NCBI GenBank assembly: GCA_022866585.1
Contig: JALHUP010000024.1
Span: 1-27,219, forward strand
DNA from: Candidatus Zixiibacteriota bacterium
GTDB lineage: Bacteria > Zixibacteria > MSB-5A5 > SM1-73
Length of the DNA: 27,219 bases
Reading direction: 5' to 3'
This document shows, in pieces, positions 24,600 through 27,219 of the stretch. How positions within the stretch are numbered: the first letter of the stretch is position 1; each line of letters opens with the position of its first letter. Under the pieces are notes generated by a model, which saw only the letters and a list, made by a program, of their open reading frames with translations, had not been told where the DNA came from and searched no databases. A program made the translations under genes and the position numbers.

Positions 24600-26978
24600 C
24601 TATTTTCTTAAACTTGCCTGGAAACTTTCTTCGAGTTCCAAGATCACCTTTTGGTGAATTGTGTCTACCTCCTCATCGGTTAGAGTTTTGCCCCTCAAGC
24701 GATAGCGAATCGAATAGGCTAAGCTTTTCTTTCCCGGAGGGATCTGTTTTCCTCGATACACGTCGAACAAAATGAGTTCTTCAATAAGATCTCCACCCAC
24801 TATTTTTATCTTCTCACTTATCCTCTCGGACAAGATCTCCTCATCCACCACGATGGCCATGTCCCGATCCACAGGAGGAAATTTGGGCAAGGGCAAAAAG
24901 GGTTTCTCCTTCGGGATACAACCCAAAAACTTTTCGAAATCCAGTTCTGCTATAAAAACCTTATCTTTGATCTCGAAAAGTTCCAAAATCTCTTCTCTAA
25001 CCGCACCCACTATGCCCACGCTTTCGCCATCTATCCTAATCTCAAAAGAGTCGTTTGATTTTAATAGAGCGTTCTTTTTGGGATTCAATCGGAATGACAA
25101 AAAGAGGTCATCCGCCAACGATTCCAAAACTCCTTTAAGATCATAGAAATCGACTTCGCTCTCCTTTATTCCCCAATGGATTGGGTCTTTCTTGCCCGAA
25201 ATAGCTAAACCAAGATGCAATCTTTCCTGCGGCATTTTATTTTCTTTAGCGATGAAAACCTTGCCCAGCTCAAATATCCTCAAATCTTCCTCTTTCCGGT
25301 TTTTGTTCCAGTTTGTCACCGAAAGAAGATTATGAGCCAAAGAGGTGGTAAGGACCGACATTTCCTCGCTTAGAGGATTTTGCATCCTGACATTTAAAAG
25401 GTCGGGACATAGCTTCTTTGAGATTCTTGGATCAACCAGGTTGTTGGTTAAAACCTCAAAGAATCCTTTTCCCACCAGAAGTCGCTTTAGTCTTCTTACT
25501 AGTTCATCCTCTACATTCACACAGGTAACCAAGTTACCGCTTGCCCTCAAGGAGGTTTCTATTTTGTCATAACCATAGATTCTGGCTATCTCCTCAATCA
25601 GGTCGATCTCTCGACAAAGATCGGGTCTGAAAGTGGGAATGGTTACCTTCAAATCCTGATTTTCGCTGACCTCCATCTCTAGCCTTTTTAAGATTTGAAC
25701 CATTCCTTTTGATTCGAGATTCGTGGCGAGGATTCGGTTCACTCTTTGTGGTCTTAAGGTCACACAAACAGGGATGATGGGAGCGGGATAATTATCCACC
25801 ACCCCTTTCAACACCTTTCCCCCGGCTAATTCCTCCAAAAGTTGACAGGCTCTATTTGCCGCGTTTATCACCCCGTTCGGGTCCACGCCCCTTTCAAACC
25901 TCTGAGAGGCCTCTGTGGATATGCCCAGATATATCCTTCCTCTTCTGATCACCTTAGGATTAAAATAAGCGCTCTCTAAAAGGACATTTTTGGTATTGGT
26001 GCTGACCTCACTTTCCATTCCCCCCATTATTCCGGCGATGGCTACGGGCTTCTTGCCATCCGTGATTAAGAGAATCTCATTATTTAATGTGCGTTCTACT
26101 TGATCTAAGGTAATGAACTTTTCTCCACTTTTCGCTCTTCTGACCAGCACCTTCTTTTGAGAAAAAAGATCATAATCGAAGGCATGCAAGGGGTGTCCGG
26201 TTTCCATCATCACGAAATTGGTGACGTCAACCACATTATTAATGGATCGCATACCTACAGACTCAAGCTTTCTTTTCAGCCAAAAGGGTGAGCTTTTTAT
26301 CCTAACGTCTTTTATCATTCTGGCGGCATATCTGGGGCAAGCGACTGAATCTTCAATTCCCACCTCCACCCAGTCCTTTGTTGATTCTTCTGTTTCGGTG
26401 AATTCAATCTGCGGTTTTTTAACTGAACTTCCGAATAATGCTGCCACATCTCTGGCTACACCGATAATAGAGAGACAGTCGGCTCGGTTGGGGGTGAGAT
26501 CCAAATCCATAATATGATCCTCTAAGTCCAGAGCCACAGCTATGGGAAGCCCAATCTTAAGCTGAGAATCCAAGATCATAATTCCCTTTTGGTCTTCGCC
26601 TATCCCCAGTTCCTTTTCAGAGCAAATCATGCCGAAGGAATCCATCCCTCTTAATGTGGTTTTGGTGATCTCCATTCCTAAGGGGAGCCTTGCGCCAATT
26701 AAAGCCACCGGAACCTTCACTTTTTCCTTGACATTGGGCGCCCCGCATACAATCTGCAAAAACTCAGACCCGATTTCCACCTCACATACGGACAAGTGAT
26801 CAGCCTGAGGATGCTTTTGAACCCTTTTTATTTCACCTACTACTACTTTTTCCAGACCGCTACCTAATGGAGTGATAGTCTCCACCTCCACCCCGGCATC
26901 GGTGAGCTTACCTGCCAACTCTTCCGGCGACCAATCGAAATCCACCAATTCCTTAAGCCATTTGTAACTGACCTTCAT
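24600..26978 (-). CDS. pheT: Phenylalanine--tRNA ligase beta subunit
   Basis: MKVSYKWLKE, HPQADHLSVC, VCGAPN, GMICSEKELG, LTPNRADCLS, GHPLHAFD, RFERGVD, DLIEEIARIYG, FDVYRG, KSLAY. Confidence 0.98.
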   Translation of the reverse strand: MKVSYKWLKELVDFDWSPEELAGKLTDAGVEVETITPLGSGLEKVVVGEIKRVQKHPQADHLSVCEVEIGSEFLQIVCGAPNVKEKVKVPVALIGARLPLGMEITKTTLRGMDSFGMICSEKELGIGEDQKGIMILDSQLKIGLPIAVALDLEDHIMDLDLTPNRADCLSIIGVARDVAALFGSSVKKPQIEFTETEESTKDWVEVGIEDSVACPRYAARMIKDVRIKSSPFWLKRKLESVGMRSINNVVDVTNFVMMETGHPLHAFDYDLFSQKKVLVRRAKSGEKFITLDQVERTLNNEILLITDGKKPVAIAGIMGGMESEVSTNTKNVLLESAYFNPKVIRRGRIYLGISTEASQRFERGVDPNGVINAANRACQLLEELAGGKVLKGVVDNYPAPIIPVCVTLRPQRVNRILATNLESKGMVQILKRLEMEVSENQDLKVTIPTFRPDLCREIDLIEEIARIYGYDKIETSLRASGNLVTCVNVEDELVRRLKRLLVGKGFFEVLTNNLVDPRISKKLCPDLLNVRMQNPLSEEMSVLTTSLAHNLLSVTNWNKNRKEEDLRIFELGKVFIAKENKMPQERLHLGLAISGKKDPIHWGIKESEVDFYDLKGVLESLADDLFLSFRLNPKKNALLKSNDSFEIRIDGESVGIVGAVREEILELFEIKDKVFIAELDFEKFLGCIPKEKPFLPLPKFPPVDRDMAIVVDEEILSERISEKIKIVGGDLIEELILFDVYRGKQIPPGKKSLAYSIRYRLRGKTLTDEEVDTIHQKVILELEESFQASLRK

Positions 26979-26980
26979 TT

Positions 26981-27219
<239 letters not shown>

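Noticed and set aside
186-26517. Numerous plus-strand ORFs in the track (e.g. 186-449, 883-1125, 2883-3131, 3245-3796, 3259-3660, 7885-8163, 8195-8545, 13575-13910, 20869-21237, 23351-23872, 24772-25146) and minus-strand out-of-frame ORFs (1577-1816, 15124-15306, 15764-15973)
   Set aside because: They are antisense or alternative-frame shadows of well-supported genes, with no RBS and no recognisable motifs.

Overview
A 27.2 kb bacterial chromosomal segment in which nearly all genes lie on the minus strand. In transcription order the housekeeping genes are: pheS (3' end)-pheT-zapB-like-zapA-(putative compact 6S RNA)-rny-ymdB-folD, then an MBL/beta-CASP nuclease, ecfT-truA-tal-purB, psd-pssA-purS-purQ, a DUF4321-like membrane protein, tatA and a truncated hypothetical gene. 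Accessory elements are embedded among them. (i) A fused endonuclease-methyltransferase (type IIG-like, 884 aa) sits between purB and psd. (ii) A tightly linked operon encodes a tandem-FHA protein, a calcineurin-like metallophosphoesterase and a membrane CHASE2-Ser/Thr kinase. It is flanked by a DUF4398-like lipoprotein and a secreted cohesin-like protein with a 'QNYPNPFN' C-terminal sorting/FlgD-Ig domain. (iii) A lone plus-strand Mth938-like gene is bracketed by REP-like palindromes. The intergenic spaces carry at least two families of REP-like hairpins, a perfect 28-bp palindrome and degenerate 7-bp tandem repeats. One REP-like family shows clear compensatory stem variation across five copies. 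The cohesin plus sorting-domain protein suggests an FCB-group organism such as Zixibacteria (inference, not verified). No tRNA, rRNA, CRISPR array or transposase was seen. Several ORF-track starts were shortened on the basis of Shine-Dalgarno sites and family N-termini. All protein family calls come from motif recognition, not database searches.
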